Shown one piece after another: positions 36,608-50,178 of a stretch of 64,000 bases of DNA. The position numbers were made by a program, and so were the translations under genes. The notes under the pieces are model-generated. The model made no database searches. It saw nothing but the letters and a program-made list of their open reading frames with translations, and had not been told where the DNA came from. The DNA lies in assembly GCF_006345805.1 (NCBI RefSeq), contig NC_042998.1:37572001-37636000 (forward strand), written 5' to 3'. This DNA comes from Octopus sinensis. Its lineage: Eukaryota. How positions within the stretch are numbered: the stretch's first letter is position 1; every line of letters begins with the position of its first letter.

Positions 36608-36743
36608 TAATTTATTATATAGAAGGAGCTTCTACAGGACTAGAACTGTTTCATTCAAGAGAAATCATCAGGAAGCTTCCTGATGATTTCTCTTGAATGA
36701 AACAGTTCTAGTCCTGTAGAAGCTCCTTCTATATAATAAATTA
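36608..36743. repeat. Perfect 136-bp palindrome (axis 36675/36676)
   Basis: 36608-36675 is the exact reverse complement of 36676-36743. Confidence 0.97.
36671..36726 (+). ncRNA. Type I hammerhead ribozyme motif (mirror copy on minus strand at 36625-36680)
   Basis: Stem I GCTTC/GAAGC, core CTGATGA, stem II TTC(TCTT)GAA closed by a U-U mismatch, GAAA, stem III ACAG/CTGT with loop TTCTAGTC, GUA triplet; predicted cleavage after 36718. Confidence 0.7.
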
Positions 36744-37165
36744 TATATATATATATATATATAATATATATATATATATAATGCACTGTCCTGTGATAGA
36801 AAGTTCAATTAAAAAAATGTACTCGATCTGGTAGAGAGAGGGAGTTGAATAGCTACAATATTTTCTGTGAATGTTTGATTATTTTTTGTTCTAGCAGCAG
36901 AACGAACACAAACGCACCTTCAAAAGCAACTTCAAAATAAGCGCCTCTCTGTGATTACATAGTTTCTTACTTCCTTCTAGCTTTTCCAACACGCAAATAT
37001 CCGTCTTTCATATCAATGATAAATGGAAGCCCCTCTAAAATTACAAACTCTGAAAACAGTCCAGAAACTCCAGAACTGTCAGCGAACGCAGAAGATAAAC
37101 GTATTAATTAACAAACTCCACAATTACGAAAATTCATTTAATATTTCCCCACTAAAAAGCCAACG

Positions 37166-37219
<54 letters not shown>

Positions 37220-37698
37220 AAAGAGGACGGGGTATATTAGTTCTCTTCGAAGTATTCCATCTCTCACCAATCATAGCGGTAGTAAACATATTTTGACCTT
37301 TGCTGACCACATGGTATAACTACTCCTTTGTTGGTTGCTTGTCAGCATTTATTGAATATATTTATAGACTAGTGATACCTGTGTTTCCGCCCGATTGTGT
37401 CGCTTCCTCCTATCCCTGAAAGACAAGGCATGAAGTGTAGCTAGTAACATTTAATACTGCTACACAATGGTAGGAGCGAAGCCAGAAAGCTTAACCTTGC
37501 CATTTCCCATGAACAACAATGAAAAACAAAGAAAATGATGGCAACTAAACTGTTGCCACAGCCACAGAACGTAACCACAAGGACAAAAACAACAACAATA
37601 ACAATGGCCGTCAGCGGTGGCCATAGCTACTCTAGAGGAATAATGATAGCATTAGTAACGACAATAACAATGATGGTAACAATGAATAAGAACACAAC

Positions 37699-37731
<33 letters not shown>

Positions 37732-37749
37732 TACGGAGTTTTGTCAGTG

Positions 37750-37867
37750 AACAGGTCGCGGTCCCAAAGCGACGGAAATATTTTGACAAATTAAATTTAA
37801 ATATTGAAGTGAATCTAACGGTTTTTGTGTGTTTCTTAAATGGCTTATAAACACCTTCCACGCTGCA
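37750..37867. mobile_element. Half copy of the 27428-27689 fold-back MITE
   Basis: AAAGCGACGGAAATATTTTGACA...TTATAAACACCTTCCACGCTGC. Confidence 0.8.
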
Positions 37868-38160
37868 ATAATAATAATAATAATGTAGCAAAAACATGTT
37901 TTTTGAAACAAAACTAAGAGTATGCCAAATCGCTTTGCCTATGGTTGAGGGTCCCTTAGAAGGGAGCAAGCCTGAGCTCGAAAAACCATCCAGTGACAAA
38001 AATTTTTCTTCAAATACAAACGTGAATAGTCACTTGAACAGGAACTGCCCCAAATTGAGCCCTCCATGTTCACCATCACAACCATCACGAAAAGAAAAGT
38101 ATAAATGTATCGAAAGGACTCGCAAAGAGTATTAAGAAGTAATATACGCTTATTATTATA

Positions 38161-38390
38161 GTATTTCTTTACTACCCACGAGGGGCTAAACATAGAGAGG
38201 ACAAACAAGGACAGACAAACGGATTTAGTCAATTACATCGACCCCAGTGCGTAACTGGTACTTAATTTATCAGCCCCGAAAGGATGAAAGGCAAAGTCGA
38301 CCTCGGCGTGATTTGAACTCAGAACGTAACGGCAGACGAAATACGGTTACGCATTTCGCCCGGTGTGCTAACGTTGTCAGCTCGCCGCCT
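38161..38390 (-). mobile_element. Family A SINE monomer with TSD
   Basis: 18-bp direct repeat TATACGCTTATTATTATA at 38143-38160 and 38391-38408; minus-strand 3' end ...GTAAAGAAATAC. Confidence 0.92.
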
Positions 38391-38409
38391 TATACGCTTA
38401 TTATTATAC

Positions 38410-39690
38410 ATTAGGTAAACCATCTCGAGAGACACGACAAACTATTACAAAATAGAAAGAACATTAAATCAAGGCAGCAGACTATATCTAGATAAAGAAC
38501 AAGAGAGCAAATGTTAGGAAGGATATCTTCCGAAATAAGACTCACAGATGCTAAAATAATGGCGATCAAACAGAGAGTGGAAAATAAGAGAGGAAGCAAA
38601 ATCAGGAGAATAGAGTAGCCGGCTCCGAGTCTTAATTGAAACACTATCATCTGACAAAATCAAGCAAAGGCCTGAAGAAACAAGGAATTCTAATTAACGT
38701 AATAAAGATAGACAGGAAAGTGAGTAAGAAACAGTATTTGAAGAATATACATTTGCTAAAGAGAATCTATGAGAGATATAAGTTGAAAATTCTGAAGGAC
38801 CTTGAAGTTGTAAGACATAGAGGTATGAATGGTAGAAAACCACTTCATAAACTCTGAAATGCAAACCTAAATAATTAAAATTGGCATCTATGTAACAAAA
38901 GATATCGTACAAGAATTAAAACCTGACCTTACTGAGTTAAGTAAAATTAATTACGCATTTACTAATGCACTTGAACCCAGTTGTGTGCCTGTGGCAAAAA
39001 AAAAAAAAAACTTGAGAAGAAATCTCATTTGGAAAAGTAAAATTGAAAAAGGGATTGAATTAATGAGAGGGTAATTATCAATACTAAAGGAACTGTAGAA
39101 CCGCTGTAAGATCCAGAATAGGAAGAAAGATGAAGAGAAAATATGGATTTTCATCTAAAGAAGAGATACCAACAAAAGAAATGCAGAAATAAAAAGTTTA
39201 CGCTAAAGCTCAAAGAATTCAAAGACTTGAGAAAAGAAACAACAAACAATTTTTACGAGTGCAGCAAGTTGTTCAAATCGAATGATTATGATGAAGATAA
39301 GGAGGACACACCACCCTCTAATGCAGCAAAAAGTGTAAAAGAAAAGCCAAACAGGAAGGCTTAAGTGTAAAATCGAAATTGCGGTAAAAAAAACACCATT
39401 TCACAGAGCATAGTCATATTTTTACCTTCAACGACTAGCTCAGGTAAAAATATCGATATGCTCTGCGATTTTCCTGTCAATACCGGTCGGGGCTAATAGA
39501 CCAGACATAATTATTCAAGGCGGGAAAAAAGATTTGGCACCTTAAAATGAGAACTGTTCTTGTTATTTTAGGTGCCCTAGGTATGATTAAAAACAGGGAT
39601 GTCAGAACCATCTGGATAACATCCCAGGAGACCCATGTTTCAGAGAATCCACAAGCTTGTGCTGACAAGTACTGCTCACATCCTTAGAAA
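38410..39690 (+). mobile_element. R4/Dong-type (RLE) non-LTR retrotransposon relic, RT deleted
   Basis: N-terminal WKSKIEK... region, then CDFPVNTGRANRPDII (PD-D/ExK nuclease) and TVLVILGALGMI...LVLTSTAHILRKTL C-terminus. Confidence 0.7.
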
Positions 39691-39879
39691 AACCCTACTA
39701 ATTTAGATGTATGTGTTGTATTACATGAAGATATTTCGCTACTGCCTCTTCCACTTCAACTCCTCAAGCTTTCAATCATAATGTAGCATCTCTTATCCTT
39801 CACTTGCCTTAGGACGCTGGGTGTGTCTCGGCAAGTGATTGTAACAAACACGCAGATTGAAAATAACAATAATATTAAT

Positions 39880-40075
39880 AATATAGTAATGATAATTTGG
39901 AATACGTAAAGTGCAAAGATTGTACCTATAATAACTGGTGCATTAGGGATTGTAAGCAAAGATAAAGACAAATGGTTGAAGGCGATTCGAATATACTGTC
40001 AAGTAGAACTCCTTCAGAACGTTTGCCTCTTAGGGACAAGAAAGACTATCAGGGATGTTGAAAGCACCTGAAAAA
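39880..40075 (+). mobile_element. Second RLE-type LINE 3' end
   Basis: IWNT*SAKIVPIITGALGIVSKDKDKWLKAIRIYCQVELLQNVCLLGTRKTIRDV, typical RLE C-terminus. Confidence 0.75.
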
Positions 40076-40149
40076 CTGCTGAAAGCTAGTGAATACCTAA
40101 AGTTGCAGGGAGAAATGTGCTACCCACATAAATCCTGCCAGGAAGAAGA

Positions 40150-40360
40150 CCGAAATTGAGTCAAATCAAAAATAATGATGCTGTCTAGCGACATTCCGTC
40201 CGTCTTTACATCCTGAGTTCAAATTGCCCCGAGGTCGACTTTACTTTTCATCCTTTCGGAGAGGATCATTTAAGTACTAGTGAAACGCTGGAATCGATGT
40301 AATCGACTTGTTCCCGCCCCCAAAATTACAGATTTTGTGCTTATAATAGAAAGGATTATT
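40150..40360 (+). mobile_element. Diverged family A SINE fragment
   Basis: GAGTTCAAATTGCCCCGAGGTCGACTTTACTTTTCATCCTTTCGG. Confidence 0.7.
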
Positions 40361-40387
40361 GTTGCTATTATTATTATTATCATTATT

Positions 40388-41420
40388 GAGAGAGCAGTGC
40401 GTGGCATCAAAGTGACACTGGGGTACAAATATACAAAGCCCAATAAACACATCAAGACTACTCGTCTGATAAGGCTACACCAGGCACATACATCACAACG
40501 ATATGTGTGCGACATGGTAATCTCATATCAAAATAAACAGTGCATAACCTCGCAGGTTGGGCCCTGTTAGAATTTCCCTCTGGTCGAGTAGCCCATCCCG
40601 CTCAAAAGGTCTCTGAATAAGGGTTGTTTAAGGATAATGACTGAAACACCCATGTTTCCAAAGATGAATTATCCAAACCCCAAGGAACACCTCTCAACAC
40701 ATGGCTCTGATGTTCCCCCATTACTTCTGTTCGTGATCAGGGACGCACATGTCTTCAGTCACTAAGAGACATGCTCAACTGGTTATGCTCAAACAAGTGA
40801 CAACAAATCTGTGATATTGAGCAGAATATTTGCTGTAGCCCATATTTTTATACCAAGACAAAACAATGTACGTGATAACACTTCCAATCAATTAAGACCA
40901 GTAGCCATGAGAGCCACTGCCTCGTACTGCTTCAGGGCATTTATTATTATTATTGAGTGAGTGAGTGAGTGAGAGTGCGGCGCATGCCGTCAAAGCGACA
41001 CTAGATTACAAACATACGAAGCCCAATATACCCATCTGATAAGTGTACACCAGACATGCATCACAACCACATTTGCGCGACATGGTAATTTCATATCAAG
41101 ATAAACAGCGCATGACTTCGCAGGTGGGCCCAGTTAGAATTTTCTTCAAATCGAGTAGCTCATCCTGCTCAAAAGGTCTCTCGATAAGGTCTGTTTAAGG
41201 ATGCCAAATGAAACACCCATGTCTCCAGAGTTAATTGTCGAAACCCCAAAGAATTCCTCTCAACACGTGGCTATGATGCTCCACTACTACTTCTGCTCGT
41301 GATCAGAGGTACACACGTTTTCAACCGCCACAGGACGTGCTCAACTGGTTAAAGTCAACAACAAGCCACCAAATCTGTGGCATTCGGCAGCAATTTTGTT
41401 GTAGCTCATCTTTTATTGAA
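40388..41420 (-). repeat. Two diverged head-to-tail copies of a ~500-550-bp interspersed repeat with (AAT)n tails
   Basis: 40388-40942 and ~40971-41420 align throughout (e.g. CGCAGGT.GGCCC.GTTAGAATTT, GCTCAAAAGGTCTCT, GCTCAACTGGTTA); family not identified. Confidence 0.75.
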
Positions 41421-43011
41421 AACATCGTATAGTATCCAGTTTTTTGATGTTATAGATTGAAGATATTGTGTGTACTGGAGGTTGTCTTGTCTGTCAAGTC
41501 ACAACAAGGGCCTCATGCAGACAGTACTTTACGCAGTATGCTTGTAGTTCTAATTAAAGCCGATTTTTACAGTTGTTGTAGAGTGGGTGTATCAGTCAGT
41601 ACTTCGTACTTTATTTCATTGACCCTGAAATAAGATCAACGACGCCAGAAAGAAGCAGATTCGTTAAAATTCTGTTTGAGATGTTTGCTTATACTCTTTC
41701 CAGATCAAGTTTAGCTTTAGCCTCTCCGAGATCATTGAAATTGGTAGCATTCAAATTCTGACCTCGCTATAATCCAATTTAATCCCTCAGTAAAATAGTG
41801 TATCCGTGAATTTTGTTTAAATTCTGTTTATTATAATTAATTGTATGTATTACGTTCATCCTATCCGTTCTAAACCCACGCTTTACATCATTTCTTTATT
41901 TCATCCATCGATGGAATCATATACGCCTGTTAACTGCACATGTTTCTCCGTAACCGTAACAAACACGTTAGAAATCATAATTATTATTTCCAGTGACAGG
42001 AAGAAAAATGATTCTGTATATGAATAACATGAGTAAGAGTTACTTTGCTACAAAACACCACGTCTACTACATCCAACACTGTTATTTTGATATTGACGTC
42101 TAATGATTTCTTCTTCCTCAAGGAAAAATCGATTCTAATAAGAAGTGTGTTTATATAATGATTTTATTTACAATTTCCAATAAATTACTTTCTTTTCTAA
42201 TCTTTGCATCCATCTGTAGAGATTAATTCATAATCAATTTATGTGTTTCCGGCTTGATTACAATTTCCTTCATTCTTTTATTTACATTTTTTGTCATATT
42301 ATTTTTTTTCAATTTCGATTTCTAGAACACTATCATTCTTCCAGTTGCCTTATCCATGCAAAAATAAAAGTATTTGTACTCTTCACGAAAGATTGATTAA
42401 AAAAAATCTAGCGACTGTGAACATTTCCTGTTATTCGTTATGTTTAGATATAATACTCAGCTACGCGATGCCCTACATCGAGAGTGGTAATTGTGAGTAC
42501 AATAACAGATCGACTGCGTCGACTTATAATTAGTTATCTGTGAAAATCCACATTCCCAATCACATACACGCTTCAAGCAGATCATTGAACAATGATTACA
42601 TATCATTCACAAATGTTTGTTGTTGTTGCTGCTGCTAGTTCTTAACTAACTGAAATCTGCACTGGGTTTCTAGCTACGAACATCCATTTTTTTCTTTTAA
42701 CTTTTCTTTGTATTCTTCTTTTTCTTTTTGATAGGTGGGTTGTTGTTTGGTGTGTATGCGTACAAATAGGACTGATATTTGATATTTTGAGGATCCAGCA
42801 TGTCAGTTATTTATGATGGTAATATATATTTCCAGGCGAAGAGGCAACCTGGCACAATGCCGGTTGAGTATTCCGCGCTTATATGCTAATTAATTCAATT
42901 GATCTCATATGTCGATTAAGCAAACAGCTAATCTCTCACTGTTTCGGTCTTCTAACCGTCATCCATTCAAAAACACTCAAGATACATAAGCGCGCGCGTA
43001 CACACACAAAC

Positions 43012-43059
<48 letters not shown>

Positions 43060-43558
43060 ACTAGATGTGACTACGCTGTTAGGAGACGCCTACATTGCTA
43101 GAAATAAGTGTTTCCTAACACCCTACTCACACATAGTGACAATTGTAATTCTCCTCTTCAGCAAAACGCTGCTAACTGCTGCTTATGTTTATATATATAT
43201 ATTTATTTATTAGAAGAAATAACGTACTCAGAAATCTGGATGGTGTTATATTTACAGATTTTTATTAATATATCACATGTTCTTATAAATCATATATTAG
43301 CGCTTGCATCCTTTCTAGAGGATTCTTCAGATAGAGAGAGAGAGAGAGAAACATAACTCAGGTCTGTATGTATCACGTAAGGCTAGAGATGAGTGCGGTG
43401 ACCTCCCTCGCAAATACCAGTCGGACACGGATTGTTTGTCGTTGGCCAGCTGGAAGAGATGTCTTCCAGGGGCTAGAAACACCAGTAGCACCCTCCACTA
43501 TAGGACCGCCACATTTAGTTCGCAAATATATTTTACGATTCCATACTTTTACTTTTAT

Positions 43559-43590
<32 letters not shown>

Positions 43591-44369
43591 AAAGTAAAGA
43601 GGCATATATTCGCTGCATACACATTCGTGCTTGGGAATACACACATATCCCTGGCAAAAGTTGTCTCCCTTGCCAACCACGCCTCAAACAAATTCCATCA
43701 TCTTCCGGTTAATTTAGAAGGCGTTGACCGTTCATTCAGAAACGTGTATTCTCTCCATCTTTTTTGTTTCCTCATCAATCCTTTCTCTACAAGAGCGTCG
43801 CCTGGTAACGTTAAAATTTCTTCCATTTTACCGGAAAGTAAACGTAGCACTCTACGTGTATGGTTTCTTGTCCGAAACGTTGGATTTTCCAATACACACG
43901 GTAGATTTTTTTTCTCGAATTTTCTCACCCGATATAAGAATAACATCCTTTGAAATAATTGTATGGTCATTTTCGCTAGATTCGGATATACAAAGAAGCT
44001 ACTACTAGAAATTTGATTGCCTACATTTAAGCCTTTTTAAACCATTTGTTTGCGTTTTGCCTATTAAATAATTATCATGTTCGTTTTAAACTCTCCATGG
44101 AATTTCTTGTGCTTAACTAAATATGATCGAGAGATCATAGGCATCAATAAAACAGAAGACGTCAATAATATAAAACTAGGAATTAATGATTGACAAAAAT
44201 CGATGAATCCTACAGGGAGATTAAGCACATAATTTCTATACAAGTTTTGCTATAAATTACTATATAAAGTTAAATCAGTATTGTGCTGTACATAACAATA
44301 ATTAATATGCGCTTTATTCGTGTTTTTATAGCACACCGCCACCATCATCACCACAAGATAAAAACATTT

Positions 44370-44720
44370 TGATACATTTAGGCGCAGGCCTGCCTGTATG
44401 GTAGGATGTTTGATTTCTAACCACATGGTTGTAGATTCAGACACTGAAAGTGGCATTTTGGACGCGTGTCTTATACTATAACCTCGGACCTACCAAGGCC
44501 TTGTGAACGGATGTAATGCACGGAAAATGAAAGAAACGTGTGAGTGTGTGCATGTGTGCTATGAGCGCACGTACGTCTTTGTATCTGTGTTTGTCCTCCA
44601 ACAGCAGCCAGAAACTCCAGCAACTTTTTTCGAAGAGAGGAAGATTGATTCCATCGACATCAATAGTTGTGTAGTAATACTTTGTTTTATCGACCTGAAG
44701 TGATAAAATGCAAAGTTGAT
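44370..44720 (+). mobile_element. SINE family B copy plus family A-like tail
   Basis: GGCGCAGGCCTGCCTGTATGGTAGG head, TATAACCTCGGACCTACCAAGGCCTTGTG body. Confidence 0.7.
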
Positions 44721-47700
44721 CTCTATGGAATTTGAACTCAGTACAAAATCAGAACAAAGAACCGCAACGTTCTATTTTACCACTCGAAGAACTCCTGAGA
44801 ACACAACACCCTAAGAATAATGCAATTTCTTTCTTGCATTGAAATTTGGGCTAAAATATGGGAAGAGTTCTGCTCCATGAAATCAATCCTATGCCCGAAT
44901 TTCATTTTCTTGAAGCAACGGGAAGAAAAGCAAAGTTTACCTTGGCAGTCACTATTATCAATACTGCTGACAGCGTTAACAACTTCAACATCATCGGCAG
45001 AACGAGAGTAAGAATAACGACCACCACAACTCCAACGCCGACGTCAATGGCGTCTCATCAAATTTACTAATCCTTCTAACAATCATGCTAACACAAAGAG
45101 ATCTCTAAAAGAGAAGCAAATATCTTTAGCGGAAACAGCACCATTTAGAGATAAGCGTCAGGAGCATGAGTAAATTTGTACCAACAGAAGATCGGAGAAA
45201 ATCAAGTACAAAATGGTGAGGTAATTAACCTGGAAGGACACCCGGATGTCGAATACGCTGGTTGAATAGAATTTTTAGACCTGACGGTTAGTGTCATGGA
45301 TATTCTTTACAATTTAAAAGGAAAGAGGCCGTCCAACGTGTAGACGAAGACAGATTACAAAGAAGGGTTAAGCTATTCTGGCAGTTGTTCATGAAAAGTA
45401 TAAAAGGGAAGGCGTTGTGCTGAGAAGAGACGTCAGTCAACGCTGCGCATTATATACTTATCCAGCATGTCGTGCGAACAAATATACGAGTCCTGATCAG
45501 AACCAAGGCTGAGGATCAATGACGGATTATGATTTTCGGAAAGCATTATGGGAAGACATGTGAGCACGAGCGACTTGTAAAAAATATTGGATGACGGTCT
45601 TACTGACTCCCAAGCATTAATGACAACAGTGATTAATAGTCATTTCGGAATTATATCTTATCAAGATCTTAGTGCTAAAATCATTACTCGGATTGAAGCA
45701 AAGCCCTTCTGCCAAATGTATTGCACGTTACAAATACCATTCCTTCTTTGGTTAAAGTAAAAGAAAGGATAAGCTAGACTATCACTGTAAGCACCACCGC
45801 TAATAATTATGCGGTGATAAATGAAAGTCCATAATTTTCTCGAATTCTATGCATCGCGAACAACGACACAATGTCGTACAATGTGAATGCATAGATATCC
45901 AAAAGAAAAACAGAGGTAATGGACTCCGTTCATTTTCTTTTCACGTCCGATTTTTGGAGCTGTCATGCGTTAGGTGGGAATTATATGAGACAGTTTTTGC
46001 GGAGATTAACTTTTCCTGACAAAAAGCTTCACATTTTCTCGGTCTAAGAGACTTTTATTCCTCAAGTCATGGAAAGTACAAAGCGAAGGGTCGCAATATC
46101 AACAAGAAATGTAAATAGGATCATCACTATTTTGCACAAGCGTGAATATCATTCAGACACATTTGCATACCGCATATACACACGTACACACATATACACA
46201 TTTGCACACACACGCTCGATCGATCTCTGTCTCTCTCTCTCTCTCTCTATCTCTATCTATCTCTCTCTCTCACACACACACAAACACACTCACATATATT
46301 TCTTGAGCGGTGTAGGGTTTCTAGAGTTTCTGCCTTCGTACAGTAAAATACATATGCATAATAATCATTCCTTTGGTGAGGACTCCACCAAAATTCTACA
46401 AATATTTGCTCTGGTGTTTATAGAATGAAAATATAGATTATGCACCTGAGAGAGGTTCATTGAGGCGTCACAAATGGAATTTTCTGAAATCACTGTTATT
46501 GGTATAAAGGAAAACGTCCTTGACATGCGAGCTCATGTCAGGGGCATATTCGCTTACTTAGCGACTACAGTAACTAGATTTAGATGGGATTGCCATCATA
46601 AATCCAGTGTTTCCGGAACGCATCTTTACATGTAAAATAAACAATATTTCGATAAGCCTACACTAGGTGAAGTGAGTTTTGAAACGTACTGCATATCGAA
46701 CTGCGGACTGTCTTCATGGATCAGAGTGTTTCAGGAAAAGAACAACAGTAAAGCATGTGACCTCTGGTATTGGCGTTTATGTACTGGTTGCAAAAAGGAG
46801 ATTAAACGTATTTAGGCAGTAAAACTCGTTTCCAGAGAATTCTAACTTGTAAAAATGTCTTTAAGTGGATAACAACTTCAATATCAGCTACAAATGATTT
46901 GAGAAACATTTTCCAATATAATCTTGAAAGTGTAACCATCCTATGAGGGTGTTATTTTCTATTTTCTGTAGTCCCACGAGCATCCATTCCTGAAGACGCA
47001 TTGCCAGCTGTAAAACGTTCAGAACTCGATTCTCGTGAAGCCAATCAAAATTATTCAGACACATATGATACCATTCTTTAATCACATGAGGCAGGTTTAA
47101 GAGAGGTATTACAAGGGAGATAATCATTTCGTCATACTTCGAAGTAGGTTTAGAAATTTGCAGTTGAAATTCTGGGCCTGAATGAAAATATGTATAAAAT
47201 ATTTTCTTGTGAATACGAATTTATTTATGAATTCTAGTCATTGGTAATCATATTTATCATTTCATTTTTTTTTATTAAGAAACAGTAGAACATATGGCCT
47301 ATACTATACACACACCAGTAGCTATGCTTCCAAGCAGACATATATTTATGTATGCACGTAGGATCATAAATATGTGTATCTGGATGTTTTTTTTTTTATC
47401 TCGTATTCTAACGTAGGCATAATTGTGCATTTCGATACGTGATTCTATATGTGCATGCGTGTGCAACTCAATCTGCTAATATGCAATTGTTTTGTAGGAG
47501 ACATACAAATATATTTTTTCTACATTTGTGAAATTTAATTATTTGCGTCGTTCGTCTAAGTATTGGCGAGTATTGTTTTCAATATTTTTTCATATCACTG
47601 AAATTCTATCGGAAATAAGTTGAAATATCTCTAATAATCTTTATTGAGCTTGTAATATACCAGCATATTTTACTGCCTGTTATCACGACAGAAAAATGTG

Positions 47701-48268
47701 CAACACAATACCCGTCTAGAGAGACAATATTTCTCTATATTTGTTTCATGATCTGTATGTTCCTTGACGTTCCAATATGTTTGTCTGTTTCTCATCCGTG
47801 GAAGTCAAACATTCTGAATGTATCTATGTAAATATCCGATCAGCTCCCACCGTATTCTCGCTAAATTGATGAAAAAAAAAATGCGACTAAATATATGATT
47901 CAATGCAAGGCCAATGACCTCGAATATTTTCTGATATCATTTACGCTTTTCATCCAAAATATACTAAGTCATTGTCTAGAAAGGACGATGCGATTCCAAT
48001 ACTTTAAACATTGTCAAATTGAATTTTGCTTTGCTGATTTTCAGTGACATTTGAATAACCTTGGCTATCATTTCAATTTTGAATACTTTACCATCTCATT
48101 TTGTCAACTGAACAAATTTTGCTTCTTTGTTGTAACAGTAGAGATTTTACAATTTTGCTACAATGACTATCTATAACTTTCTATATTATGTAATAGGGTC
48201 TCGTATAAGTTTATCTCACACATGATATATGTGGGCGTTTTCACGAGTGTAAACTTTAAGGAATACTA

Positions 48269-48354
48269 TCAACTTTCTGCAAAGTTTCGAACATGTTTCA
48301 CAAATTCCTCAATGGGAACCTCTTTATATTCTTCTCCAGCATATATACCATGCC
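48269..48354 (-). CDS. Hypothetical 71-aa protein, predicted terminal coding exon 4
   Basis: Acceptor ttttattcttag|GG; phase-1 entry reads (G)HGIYAGEEYKEVPIEEFVKHVRNFAES*; candidate AATAAA ~620 nt downstream (47640-47645). Confidence 0.55.
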
Positions 48355-49180
48355 CTAAGAATAAAACTATCATCAAAAATATAAATTATCTGAAAAAAAT
48401 CTTATCGATTTCCATCAACCATAAAATCTTATTCGTTATATTCCATGGATTCGTCCATACGATCACAACATTTTGCATCAGTAAGATATGTAATAAGCTA
48501 CTGTACGGGAAAGAATAACCTTATATTTGTGTGTGTGTTGAACCTTGGGAGAGGCATTATGCCTGTAATGATAAACACACGAACCGGTTCGGTCTTTTAT
48601 TGTTAGTTTATGGGTTAGTTATTCCGCTAACAAATCTATCGATCAGCCGTTTATTTACTAGATTTTCTAACTCGAATGTTAAACACTTTGGTCAAACAGC
48701 TAATCGATAGTTCAAATGTTCGGTATTGTTCGTGTTGTAATTTCATTCTTTTTTGTTTTGTTTTGTTTGGTTGGGTTTTTTTTTGGCAAATAATTATTTC
48801 ATCACATTGTTGCAATCTCATCAGTGACACGTCACTCTATTTTCATTTCATTCGAACTTATGTTCCAGCGTTGGGATTTGTCCGAGTTGTGTATGTGAGC
48901 ATGTGTATGTGTGTGTTTATACGTAAATGCTTGCATCTGTATGCGTGCGTGCGTGTTTTAAATACTGACTTATGTCATTTTTCATATACATAAGATAGCA
49001 TTTTTTGGTTTTCTCTTTGTTTTCTTCGTAAACGCACATTTTCATCCATGTAAGGTTTCTCTCAAAGACAGTTAAAGCGTCTCTTTTGTTTCATAAATGT
49101 TGAATAAATTGATATCTATCTGTGCGTGAGTAAGGGCATGCGTATGCGTGCGCCTGTGTCCTTGTGTGTATGGGAGGACA

Positions 49181-49215
<35 letters not shown>

Positions 49216-49454
49216 TTAATCATATCAAAGGGAAATGGAAATTAATAGAAATTTTCATCTCCAGTGGATTAGAATGTAAAAATTTAGTCCAAAGACTATG
49301 TATTAGTCATAAGATACAGTGTACATTTAAATACATTAGGAATCCACTCATGGGATTGAACATGCTAGAAAGAACACTGTATTTCATATATATATATATA
49401 TATGAGAGATTTCTACTAGTGAATATCCTTTATTACCTAACGAAAATGTGCACA

Positions 49455-49810
49455 GTATTAAAATAATTTAATGAAATTCCACTGGCACTGCATCGAATAT
49501 GATGACATGTGATCCAGCTCATCCGGCGAACGGAACAGACTGCTTGTGGAATTTACGTGCAAGTGGCTCATAACTCCACAAACACGCATAACCTTTGCTG
49601 AATTCCCAAGGAGATTCAGCGTGACACAGAATGTGACATGGCTGGACAGTTTGAATACAGTTTCTACTAGTTTTTTTTCCTGATGATTCAACTGGAGCAA
49701 CGTGGAATAAAGTGTCTCTGTGAAGGGCACAATGTGTCGCCGGATATTTAACCCACTATCTCACGATCCGGAGTCGAATACCCTAACCGTTAAGCCACGC
49801 GCCTTCAGTA
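49455..49810 (-). mobile_element. SINE family C copy (diverged)
   Basis: Reverse complement of the 33719-34104 tail (CAGCGTGACACAGAATGTGAC, GTGCAAGTGGCT). Confidence 0.75.
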
Positions 49811-50178
49811 TGAAGTTTATAAATCCATATAAGCACAACGCTTTAGATGTGAACACGTTCTTAAAGTATGAATACATCCCATCAGTAAACAACGGCAGCA
49901 AAATTAGCCGCATGCATTTCCATTCATTCCATGAATATCCAGTTAAATGTAAGATATTAATTATAAAATTATTACCCAGAAATGCACACTTACTAATCAG
50001 CTGCAGTGCATTATAGCAGAACAAATTTACATTTATTTCAATATCTAATCAATAATGGACGTGCAAGTAAATTGGTAGGCACAACTATCAGGGAATTCAT
50101 CTAGAAAATAAATAGTACGCCCACGCACAAAATAAGGAAACCCACGCTAAATTATGGCCATAGAATCTATTCGCAAAC

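Noticed and set aside
43698-43970. 90-aa minus-strand ORF overlapped by two plus-strand ORFs
   Set aside because: No family resemblance and no phase-consistent splice sites.
45100-45600. Possible LTR gag or LINE fragment
   Set aside because: Purine-rich and coding-like, but fragmented and without any motif I can name.
46558-46622. Extra 3' exon (AFRKHWIYDGNPI*) for the 71-aa gene
   Set aside because: It would need the poor donor A|GTTGAT in exon 4; an in-exon stop is the simpler model.
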